A DNA stretch of 64,000 nt from the NCBI GenBank assembly GCA_963818745.1, contig CAWFTI010000001.1:156422-220421 (forward strand). The letters are read 5' to 3'. Positions within the stretch are counted from its first letter, which is position 1, and each line of letters opens with the position of its first letter. The notes under the pieces are model-generated. The model did not search any database, was not told the origin of the DNA, and worked only from the letters and a program-made list of their open reading frames with translations. Positions 1-8,556 of this stretch are shown in pieces. Position numbers and translations under genes: made by a program. This DNA is from Thermoplasmatota archaeon. GTDB taxonomy: Archaea; Thermoplasmatota; Thermoplasmata; UBA10834.

Positions 1-567
1 TGGATGATCGGTGCCGCCGGGTTGACAGGCTGCTCGTTCTCGATCCAGAAGGTGAGCCTGTACCAGCCGGCCTTCAAGCCCCTGGTCTCCCAGTTGTAGC
101 CGTAGAGCAGGTTGCCGAGCTCGTTGACCTCAGCCGAGTAGGCCGTGGTCGGGCCGTCTACCCAGAGTCCCTCAGCGATGTAGCTCTCGTACAGGACGAC
201 GCCAGTCGGCATCCTGTTCGCGTCGAGCACTTCGATCATGAAGTGCGCGGACATCGTGTACACGGCCGCACCGATGGTCAGGTCGTGAAGAACGACCTCT
301 GTCCTGACCTTCTGGCCGACCGGGAACTGGTGGAATATTATGTCATCCGACCAGTCTGCCTGTACGTTCATCGCCGGCCCCACGAAGCTGTACGGGAAGG
401 CGACGGTGTTCTCCGTGACGGGCAGTCCGTCGATGACCAATCCCCTCAGGGTACACAACGCTCTCGGCCAGGGTGTAAGCCATGGCTTTCCCAGCAGTTG
501 CCTGCAGGCCGGCGAGTGCCAGCATAGACAGGACAACGGCGCCCACTACGAGTTTCTTGTTTCTCAT
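1..567 (-). pseudogene. Secreted protein of unknown function. Its 3' end lies outside the window and it has one frame break (indel or assembly error).
   Basis: ATG at 567 is preceded by GGGGGGAG. The N-terminus looks like a signal peptide (MRNKKLVVGAVVLSMLALAGLQATAG). The listed ORF stops at 343. After the C4 run at 442-445 (G4 on the coding strand), a second frame stays open to position 1 (LVIDGLPVTENTVAFPYSF...GWYRLTFWIENEQ). Confidence 0.55.
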
Positions 568-832
568 TCTCCCCCCAATCTCCCTTCAGTGCACGGGGGG
601 AGCTTCAGTGCATAACTTCACGTCCTCCCCCTTTGACTGACAATCCGTCGCATGCGGATGATGGATTTAAGGCTGTTATGGTTCAATCGTAGAAGTGTGG
701 TTCAAGAGTCAAAACATAATGTGATACTGACTAAGGGTTATTCTACCGCTAGGCTTTACCGTGTCGGAGTTGACATACGTTCGAAGTTCGACCGCTCCGT
801 TGCCGACAACGACGGTCGGCGAGCCATCGAAC

Positions 833-840
833 TTATATAA
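833..840 (+). promoter_or_regulatory. Putative TATA box for cysK
   Basis: TTATATAA sits about 31 nt upstream of the cysK ATG (871), at the end of a low-GC 300-nt spacer. The spacing fits an archaeal TATA-to-TSS distance with a very short leader. Confidence 0.3.
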
Positions 841-870
841 CGATGTTTCAATGCCAGTGGATGTGTTAGC

Positions 871-1803
871 ATGGCGCGCACCAAACCTCTGAACAACATA
901 CTGGACACCATCGGCAACACTCCGATGGTCAGGCTGAACAGGATCGTACCGGAAGGATCGGCGACCGTGTACGCCAAGCTGGAGACGTTCAACCCGATGT
1001 CCTCGGTCAAGGACAGGATCGCGAAGGCGATGATCGAGACGGCCGAGAGGAAAGGGCTGATCAGGCCGGGCACGACCATCATCGAGCCCACATCCGGGAA
1101 CACGGGGATAGGGCTCGCGATGGTGTGCGCGGTGAAGGGCTACAAGCTCATACTCACGATGCCGGAGACCATGAGCGTCGAGAGGAGGAAGCTGCTCGCG
1201 GCGTTCGGCGCTGAGCTCGTCCTCACACCCGGCCCCGAGGGGATGAGGGGCGCTGTGAAGAAGGCCGAAGAACTCGCGGCCTCCACTCCGGACTCGTTCG
1301 TCCCGCAGCAGTTCAAGAACAAGGCCAACCCGTGGACGCACAGGAAGACCACCGCGAAGGAGATACTGCGTGCGGTCGAACGCGTCGACGCGTTCGTCGC
1401 AGGCGTGGGCACGGGCGGGACCATCACGGGTGTGGGGCAGGTACTGAGGCGCAAGAACCCGCAGGCACTCATCATCGCAGTGGAGCCCGAGGAATCACCA
1501 GTGCTGTCGGGTGGCGCTCCGGGGCCGCACAAGATCCAAGGGATAGGCGCGGGGTTCGTCCCCGACACGCTCGACACGAAGGTCTATCACCGGATAATCA
1601 AGGTCTCGGCCGAGGATGCCGCGGAGACCACCAGGAGGCTTGCGAGGCTCGAGGGGATCCTCGCGGGGATATCCTCCGGGGCAGCAGTTTTCGCAGCCAT
1701 CAAGATCGCCAAGGAGCTCGGTGCTGGCAAGAACGTGGTCGTTGTCATTCCTGACACTGGAGAAAGATACTTGAGCACCGACCTGTTTGCGGAGGGTTCG
1801 TGA
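871..1803 (+). CDS. cysK: Cysteine synthase (O-acetylserine sulfhydrylase)
   Basis: 310-aa ORF with the PLP beta-family signature ...[14 protein letters not shown], plus [10 protein letters not shown] and GTGGTITG. Length is typical for CysK. Confidence 0.93.
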   Translation: MARTKPLNNILDTIGNTPMVRLNRIVPEGSATVYAKLETFNPMSSVKDRIAKAMIETAERKGLIRPGTTIIEPTSGNTGIGLAMVCAVKGYKLILTMPETMSVERRKLLAAFGAELVLTPGPEGMRGAVKKAEELAASTPDSFVPQQFKNKANPWTHRKTTAKEILRAVERVDAFVAGVGTGGTITGVGQVLRRKNPQALIIAVEPEESPVLSGGAPGPHKIQGIGAGFVPDTLDTKVYHRIIKVSAEDAAETTRRLARLEGILAGISSGAAVFAAIKIAKELGAGKNVVVVIPDTGERYLSTDLFAEGS

Positions 1804-2528
1804 CGGCCGAAGCCGAGAGGAGCGACCTGGACATAGTGCTGGAGCGGGATCCCGCTCCCAAGAGCCGCCTGGAGGCGAAGCTCTTCAGCCCGGGCCTGCA
1901 CGCCATAAGGTTCTACAGGACCTCCCACAGGCTGTACCTCAAGCGCAGGTACAAGACCGCGAGGGCTCTGAACTACATATCCAGGGTGCTCACGGGAGCG
2001 GACATACACCCGGGCGCCACGATTGGCAAGGACTTCTTCATAGACCACGCGACCGGAGTCGTCATCGGAGAGACCTCCGAGATAGGGAACAACGTGTCCA
2101 TATACCAGGGCGTCACGCTCGGAGGTGTGAGCACCGAGAAGAGGAAGAGGCACCCGACCATAGGCAACGACGTGGTCATCGGAGCCGGTGCGACCATCCT
2201 CGGCCCGATAACCATTGGGGACAACGTCAGGGTGGGCGCCGGGTCCGTGGTCGTGAAGTCCGTCCCGCCCAGCTCCACGGTGGTGGGAGTGCCCGCGAAG
2301 ATAGTGAAGCGCGAGGGCACGACCACGATCGACCTGCACCACGAGGAGCTGCCCGACCCCGTCGTGAACGCCTTCGTGGACCTGTGCCACAGCCTGTCGG
2401 AGATGGAGTACAGGCTCGAGATGATCGAGCAGAAGCTCGGCATCGAATCCATCAAGCGGATATCGCCGCAGGTCCCGGCGAAGGCCAAGTCGGAGGACCT
2501 GAGCTGTCCCGTCAAGGAGAATCCTTAA
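1800..2528 (+). CDS. cysE: Serine O-acetyltransferase
   Basis: The GTG start overlaps the cysK stop (GTGA). Hexapeptide-repeat beta-helix: [44 protein letters not shown]...[34 protein letters not shown]. Confidence 0.9.
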   Translation: MTAEAERSDLDIVLERDPAPKSRLEAKLFSPGLHAIRFYRTSHRLYLKRRYKTARALNYISRVLTGADIHPGATIGKDFFIDHATGVVIGETSEIGNNVSIYQGVTLGGVSTEKRKRHPTIGNDVVIGAGATILGPITIGDNVRVGAGSVVVKSVPPSSTVVGVPAKIVKREGTTTIDLHHEELPDPVVNAFVDLCHSLSEMEYRLEMIEQKLGIESIKRISPQVPAKAKSEDLSCPVKENP

Positions 2529-2560
2529 TATCCGCCTGGATATTGGAGGCGTGATAGCCC

Positions 2561-4020
2561 ATGGCGCTCGTTTTGTACAACACGCTGACGAGGAAGAAGG
2601 AACCGTTCGAGCCGCTCGCAGACGGGAAGGTCGGCATGTACGTCTGCGGCGTCACGGTGTACGACCAGTCACACCTCGGCCATGCGAAGTCGGCCATCAA
2701 CTTCGACGTCATCGCCAGGTACCTGAGGCACAAGGGGTACGAGGTCAACCACGTCACCAACTTCACCGATGTCGACGACAAGATCATCAACAGGGCGAAC
2801 GAGCTGGGCATGGAGCCGCTCAAGCTGTCGCAGACCATGATCGACGAGTACCACAAGGACATGGACGCCCTCAAGATCAAGCGGGCCAGCGTCTACCCGA
2901 AGGCGAGCGAGACGATGCCCGACATCATCTCGATGGTCAAGGGGCTCATCGACAAGGGATACGCGTACGAGTCGAACGGCTCGGTGTACTTCAGCGTCCA
3001 TAAGGCGAAGGAGTACGGGAAGCTCTCCGGACAGAGCCTCGACCAGATGGACGCGGGCGCGAGGGTCGAGGTCGGGGAGGACAAGCGGGACCCGATGGAC
3101 TTCGCGCTCTGGAAGGCGGCGAAGCCGGGCGAGATCGCCTGGGATCAGCCCTTGGGGCAAGGGCCGACCGGGATGGCACATCGAGTGCTCGGCCATGTGC
3201 CTGAAGCACATCGGCAAGACCGTAGACATCCACGGAGGCGGCACCGAGCTCGTGTTCCCCCACCACGAGAACGAGATACTGCAGTCCGAGGCGTACAACG
3301 ACGCCCCGTTCGTCAGATACTGGATGCACAACGGCCTGCTGACGATCGACCAGGAGAAGATGTCCAAGTCGCTGAAGAACTTCTTCCTGATCAAGGACAT
3401 ACTGAAGAAGTACTCGCCCGAGATCGTGAGGTTCTACCTCCTCAACGCGAGCTACAGGCAGCCGCTCGACTACGACGAGAAGTCGCTCGAGGAGACCGGA
3501 AAGGCCTTGGAGAGGCTGCAGAACGCGTACGACGTCCATGAGGTCGATGAAGGAGTCCGCATCGGGTAGCGAGGATGCCGCCAAGCTCTGCGACGATGCT
3601 CGAAAGCAACTTGAGGAGAGGATGGACGACGACTTCAGCACGAGGGAGGCCATTGCCGTCATGTTCGACTTCTCGAGAGATGTGAACACGCTTGCCAGCG
3701 ATGGGAAGCTCAGCAGGAAGGGCGTCGAGAACGCCATCAGTGTCTTCAGCGAATTCAACGGACTGTTCGATGTCCTGATTGAGAGGGAAAGGCACGTGGT
3801 CACCAAGACCCTGACCATCGAATCTGGCCTTCCGGACGTCGCCTCGATGACCAGGGAAGAACTGGCGGACGACGAACGTGTCACTCACTGGGTGGAGATG
3901 AGGCAGGCCGCACGGTCCAAGAAGGATTTCAAGTACGCGGACGCGGTCCGGAACAAGCTACTTGAGTTCGGCATCGAGATACAGGACGGCAAAGATGGTG
4001 CCGCATGGAAGCGAAAGTAA
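2561..4020 (+). pseudogene. cysS: Cysteinyl-tRNA synthetase, split over three frames (two +1 breaks)
   Basis: The first part carries the HIGH region (CGVTVYDQSHLGHA). The frame is lost at about 3146, where the sequence reads tgg gat C agc cct tgg ggc aag; removing one base restores [19 protein letters not shown]. The second part (3195-3569) contains KMSKS. A second break lies at about 3530-3570, before ...RMDDDFSTREAIAVMFDF (the anticodon-binding domain). Confidence 0.9.
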
Positions 4021-5048
4021 GCGCTGAGACCGCCAGAAGGAAGGCTGAGCTGCTCGTCGGCGGGGCGGTGCGGATACCCAAGGATTTCCGGCTCCCGTTC
4101 CTTCCGAGCAGGTCGACCGCAGGCCCTGGAGCAGGCTCCACTTCGGTCGTATTCTCGTTCGAGGGCACCCGAGCGAAGAAGGCGATCTCGCGGGACGAAG
4201 GCGAGTTCGAGCTGGTCCAAAGGGATGACGGTCTGTCGATCCTGAGGCGAGGCGAGGTTTTCATCGACCGCGTAGAACTGATCCCGACCCTGATGCACGC
4301 CCCGTACCAGGCGTTCGTGAACATCGACAGCAGGTGCATCTACGACTGCAAGTTCTGCAACTCTCCCCGACTGGATCCCGCCGCCACGAAGAACCTCTCC
4401 GACGACAAGATAATCCAGATGATCATGGAAGCATCGAAGAGAGAGGGTTTCGAATCCGTCGCGTTCACCAGCGGCGTTTCCGAGTCGCCCTCAATGACCG
4501 TGAAACGGATGGCTGGCTCTGGTGGAGAGGACCCGAGAAGCTGCTTCCCAAGACCCCGATAGGTGTCGAACCCTATGCGACCAGGCCGGACCATATCGAT
4601 ATGCTAAGGAACGCAGGCGCGGACGAGATCAAGATCAACATCGAGACCTTCGACAGGGACATCTTCGAGAAGGTCTGCGGGAAGATGGACTACGACCACA
4701 TCCTCCACGCGATCAACCATTCTGGGCGAGGTCTTCCCGAAGAACGCGGTGTGCTCGAACATCATCTTCGGCCTCGGGGAGACCGACGAGAACGTCCTGC
4801 ACGGGACGAAGGTGCTCGCGAACATGGGTGCCGTTGCGACCCTGAGGGCGCTCAGGCGGGACGAACACAACATGGCCGAGCTGGAGAAAGCCCTCGGGCG
4901 CGTCGAACCCGTCACAGCGGACCGCATGCTCTCGCTGGCGACGGAGCAGAAGAAGATACTCAAGAGCTACGGACTCTCTCCGCTGAAGTTCAAGACGATG
5001 TGCCACGCGTGCCTTTCGTGCGACATCGTGCCGTTCTGGGACGTGTGA
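4005..5048 (+). pseudogene. Radical SAM domain protein of unknown specificity, split over three frames
   Basis: CIYDCKFC (CxxxCxxC) follows an N-terminal domain of about 100 aa. Coding continues in another frame from about 4510-4545 (LPKTPIGVEPYATRPDHIDMLRNAGADEIKINIETFDRDIFEKVCGKMDYDHILHAIN). It returns to the first frame near 4716-4722 (ILGEVFPKNAVCSNIIFGLGETDEN...). The start overlaps the cysS end by 16 nt. Confidence 0.7.
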
Positions 5049-5053
5049 GAGGT

Positions 5054-6721
5054 TCATCTGTGCGAGAAGACGCACCTGATCTTCGGCGTGGATTCCTCCA
5101 CACGGACGAATGCGAACCTCTCCAGCTGGACGACCTTTCCCTTCGCTGCTGCGAGCCCCGGCTCGGCGACACCTTTCTTGGAGGTGCCGTCCGTCATGAG
5201 CACCTCCGCCTCGACGGCGTCCGAAGGGGCCCAGTGGATGATCTGCACGCCGCTCTTGAGCACGGACAGGTCGTTGCCAGCGTACTTCATCTTCCCGTCC
5301 GAATAGTCGACGTTGCAGAGGTCCTTGAGCCGCAACATGACGTCCGCTTTCGGGATGTCCTCCCTGCCCACGAAGAGTGGGATCCCGGGACCGACCTTGA
5401 GCTCCCTCACGCCCCTCTCCGGGTGCGCCGGATGGACCGGTGCCTTCGCGACCGTGCTCGGCATGCCCTCGATCACGAACTTGACCGGGTCGCTGACGAA
5501 GAAGTATCTGTTCGATGAATCGTCGACGAGGTCGCGGTTGAACGAGTACAGGGTCTTCCAGGAGAACTCGATGTCGACCTCCTTGATGCCCGTCTCGACC
5601 CAGTACCTCCTGATCGCCTCCGGCCTGATCCCGCGACGCCTCATCGAGGCGAGCGTGCCCAGCTGCGGGTCGTCCCAGCCGGAGTACAGCCCCTCCCTGA
5701 TGCCCTTGCCCATCTTCGAGGTGGACAGCTGCGCGTCCTCTATCGACACGCGGCCGTAGTGGATGTACACGGGCTTCTTCCACCCGAAGTAATCGTACAG
5801 GTACTCCTGCCGGTAGGTGTTGTTCAGGTGGTCCTTCCCGCGGAGCACATGCGTCAGGTCCAGCAGGTGGTCGTCGACCGCGACTGCCAGGTTCATGAGC
5901 GGGTATACCCTGTACTTGGTCCCGGTGCGAGGGTGAGGGGTGTCGTCTATCCTGACCGCGACGAAGTCCCTGATGGCCGGGTTCGGGTGCTTCAGGTCGG
6001 TCTTGACCATCAGCGACGCCTCCTCGGGCTTGTAAGACCCGTCGAACATCATGTCCCACCGGAGCATCTGCTCCGATAGCTCCTGCTCCCTGTGCGGGCA
6101 GGGCTTCTTGTGGTTCTTCAGCTCCCGCCAGTCGTCCGGCTTGCAGGTGCACACATAGGCCTTGCCCATCTCGAGAAGCTTCTTCGCGATGTCGTAGTAT
6201 ATCTCGAACCTGTCGCTCTGGATGATCGTCTTGTGTATCTTGACCCCGAGCCATTCGAAATCGGCCGGGATGGAATCGTATCCGCTGGGGTCTATCCTCG
6301 CGGGGTCGGTGTCCTCGAACCTGTTGTAGCAGATGCCGCCGTACCGCTTGACGTACTCGTCGTTCAGGATGGCCATGCGGCTGTGGCCCAGGTGCAGCGG
6401 GCCCGAGGGGTTCGGAGCCATCCGCATCCTGACCTCGCCCTTCACATCCTTCAGGTCCGGCAGGCCAGCCTCCCTCGGCCTGGCCTCCTTGACCAGAAGC
6501 TCGGGGGCGATCTCCTCCAAAGCCTTCCTCTGGGCGTCCGGAGAGAGCTTGTTCACCTCGTCTATGACTCCTTTCGCGAGCGCCGAGGTCTCCTTCGCCT
6601 TCGACCTCAGCTCGGGGTTCTCGGCCAAGACCTTCCCGAGCACGGAGCCCATCGTGGCTTTGCCGTCGAACTGCACCGCGTTCTGCAGCGCGTACTTGCG
6701 AATCACTGCCTCTAGGTCCAC
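5054..6721 (-). CDS. gltX: Glutamyl-tRNA synthetase (archaeal Glx type)
   Basis: RMRMAPNPSGPLHLGHSRMAILNDEY (HIGH-like), FEDTDP, and the ELSEQMLRWDM...LMVKTD region. The ORF is open to 6805, but its hydrophobic N-terminus looks non-native. GTG at 6721 (VDLEAVIRKYALQNAV) fits the usual N-terminus. Confidence 0.88.
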   Translation of the reverse strand: MDLEAVIRKYALQNAVQFDGKATMGSVLGKVLAENPELRSKAKETSALAKGVIDEVNKLSPDAQRKALEEIAPELLVKEARPREAGLPDLKDVKGEVRMRMAPNPSGPLHLGHSRMAILNDEYVKRYGGICYNRFEDTDPARIDPSGYDSIPADFEWLGVKIHKTIIQSDRFEIYYDIAKKLLEMGKAYVCTCKPDDWRELKNHKKPCPHREQELSEQMLRWDMMFDGSYKPEEASLMVKTDLKHPNPAIRDFVAVRIDDTPHPRTGTKYRVYPLMNLAVAVDDHLLDLTHVLRGKDHLNNTYRQEYLYDYFGWKKPVYIHYGRVSIEDAQLSTSKMGKGIREGLYSGWDDPQLGTLASMRRRGIRPEAIRRYWVETGIKEVDIEFSWKTLYSFNRDLVDDSSNRYFFVSDPVKFVIEGMPSTVAKAPVHPAHPERGVRELKVGPGIPLFVGREDIPKADVMLRLKDLCNVDYSDGKMKYAGNDLSVLKSGVQIIHWAPSDAVEAEVLMTDGTSKKGVAEPGLAAAKGKVVQLERFAFVRVEESTPKIRCVFSHR

Positions 6722-6826
6722 GGTCCACTCGATTGTCGGGTACGTATAAAAAGAGTTTCCACCGAGGGCGGAGACCACAGCGCAGAGGAGGATAGATATA
6801 CGCATTCAGGCATCAGACGGAATGGT

Positions 6827-8098
6827 GTGAAATTGTCGATTAGGGCGATGCTCTCCCAGTTCGATGACACGGTCGTCGTGAAGGGCAAGATCTCCCGGGA
6901 CCTCGAGCTCACCAAGATACTGCTCAAGGAGAGGACCAAGCCCGTCCTGTTCGAGAACCTGGACGGGTTCAGGGCAGTGGGCAACCTCTGGTCCACGAGA
7001 GAACGGATCGCGAGGGCGATGAACACCGCTCCCGCGGACCTGTCGCAGAAGATGCTCAGCGCGATGGATTCGCCGTCGCCTCCTCAGGAGATCGAGAGCG
7101 CCCCGTTCGACAAGAACATACTCACAGACTTCGACCTCAGGGAGTCCGCCATACCCAAGTTCTACAAGGGAGACGGTGGCCGATTCATCACGGCCGGTGT
7201 GGTCGTGGCCGAGCACGAAGGCATCCGCAACATGTCGTTCCACAGGATGATGGTCGTGGACGAGAAGAAGTTCGCCATCAGGGTGGTCCCGAGGCACCTC
7301 CACGCGCTCCACAGGAAGGCCCTCGCGAAGGGCCAGGACCTCAAGGTGGCGGTCGCGGTCGGGCTCTGCCCGTCGATCATGCTCTCCGCGGCCATGAACG
7401 TCGAGTTCGGCAAGGACGAGCTCACGGTCGCGAACTCCCTCAGGCAACTATGTCTCAACGAGCCCGTGTGCGTGCGCAAGATCAGGAACGGCCTGCTCGT
7501 GCCCGCGTTCGCGGAGTACGTCTTCGAGGGCAGGCTCACGAAGGAGCAGACCGACGAGGGGCCGTTCGTGGACATCACGGGCACGCAGGACCCGGTCAGG
7601 AAGCAGCCTGTCGTCGAGATCGACAGGATATACCACAGGGACGACCCGGTCTTCCAGATGATACTCCCTGGCGCCGACGAGCACTACCTCATGATGGGCA
7701 TGCCGAGGGAGCCGGTCATCCAGAGGGCGGTCGGGGTCGCGGTGCCCGAGGTCCACGGTGTGAGGCTGACGGAGGGCGGCTGTTGCTGGCTCCACGGCGT
7801 CGTGTCCATAACCAAGCAGAAGGAGGGCGACTCGGTCAACGCCATCATGGCGGCGCTCGGGGCGCACCCGTCGATGAAAATGGTCACGGTCGTCGACAAC
7901 GACATCGACATCTACGACGACAGGGACGTCGAGTGGGCCGTCGCGACGAGGTTCCAGGGGCACAAGGGCCTCGTGGTGATAGAGAACGCCCGCGGGAGCA
8001 GCCTCGACCCGAGCGCGGACGAGACGACCACGAAGATGGGCATCGATGCCACGAAGCCCATGGGCGGCGAGGGGTTCGACAAGGTCCTTCCTTATTAA
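6827..8098 (+). CDS. UbiD-family (prenyl-FMN type) decarboxylase
   Basis: 423 aa, GTG start. UbiD-like blocks: PVLFENLDGF..VGNLWSTRERIA, RFITAGVVVAEHEGIRNMSFHRMMVV, FAIRVVPRHLH, GPFVDITG. Confidence 0.8.
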   Translation: MKLSIRAMLSQFDDTVVVKGKISRDLELTKILLKERTKPVLFENLDGFRAVGNLWSTRERIARAMNTAPADLSQKMLSAMDSPSPPQEIESAPFDKNILTDFDLRESAIPKFYKGDGGRFITAGVVVAEHEGIRNMSFHRMMVVDEKKFAIRVVPRHLHALHRKALAKGQDLKVAVAVGLCPSIMLSAAMNVEFGKDELTVANSLRQLCLNEPVCVRKIRNGLLVPAFAEYVFEGRLTKEQTDEGPFVDITGTQDPVRKQPVVEIDRIYHRDDPVFQMILPGADEHYLMMGMPREPVIQRAVGVAVPEVHGVRLTEGGCCWLHGVVSITKQKEGDSVNAIMAALGAHPSMKMVTVVDNDIDIYDDRDVEWAVATRFQGHKGLVVIENARGSSLDPSADETTTKMGIDATKPMGGEGFDKVLPY

Positions 8099-8175
8099 GC
8101 CAGTACCCGGCCCTGGGCGGCCCCCCGTGTTAAGGAAAAAACATTAAATAGCCTCAGGTTCTCATTCAATCCAGA

Positions 8176-8514
8176 GTGAACCCGATGGTCACAGTCACAC
8201 CGAAGGCAGCCGAGACGATCAAGGCGATCGTCTCCGAGGACAAGCGCGAGGAGCCGATAAGGATATTTTTCGCAGGATACTCGTGCTCCGGACCTGCATA
8301 CATGATGGGCTTCGACAAGAAGAAGGACGACGACGTCGAGCTCAAGGTCGACGGCTTCAAGCTGATCTACGACAAGGAGCTCGAGGCAGACCTGAAGGAG
8401 GCCACCATAGACTCCGTCGACACCCCACAGGGACCCGGAGTCGTCGTCCGCGTGAAGCCGAGTAAGCCGAGTGGCGCCTCGTCCTGCGGCGGAAGCTGCT
8501 CCGGCTGCCACTAG
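8176..8514 (+). CDS. IscA/HesB-like Fe-S cluster assembly accessory protein with an atypical Cys-rich C-terminus
   Basis: IRIFFAGYSCSGPAYMMGFDKKKDDDVELKVDGFKLIYDKELEADLKEATIDSVD matches the IscA fold pattern. The C-terminal tail SSCGGSCSGCH replaces the canonical CGCG..SF. Confidence 0.65.
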   Translation: MNPMVTVTPKAAETIKAIVSEDKREEPIRIFFAGYSCSGPAYMMGFDKKKDDDVELKVDGFKLIYDKELEADLKEATIDSVDTPQGPGVVVRVKPSKPSGASSCGGSCSGCH

Positions 8515-8556
8515 AAGTAGATTCATCGGACCCGAGAGAAAACATTCATACGCACG

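Noticed and set aside
650-735. C/D-box sRNA-like elements (GGATGATGG ... TGTGATACTGA) in the cysK upstream spacer
   Set aside because: The boxes are imperfect, the spacing (about 70 nt) and the lack of clear internal D'/C' boxes do not fit archaeal C/D sRNAs, and no terminal stem is present.
652-840. A 62-aa ORF in the low-GC spacer
   Set aside because: Its composition is unlike neighbouring genes, it has no recognisable motif, and it overlaps the probable cysK promoter.
2561-4020. Programmed ribosomal frameshifting as an explanation for the split cysS (and other split genes)
   Set aside because: There is no shared slippery motif or downstream structure at the break sites. The breaks are spread over unrelated genes and many sit in short G/C runs. 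Indel error or mutation is the simpler explanation.
4713-6728. A 671-aa ORF on the minus strand. Similar very long ORFs occur at 20056-21960, 8095-9357, 22799-24013 and 9376-10473.
   Set aside because: These are Arg/Gly/Pro-rich, low-complexity translations lying out of frame or antisense to strongly recognisable genes (gltX, dnaK, hef, dnaJ). They are typical shadow ORFs of GC-rich DNA.
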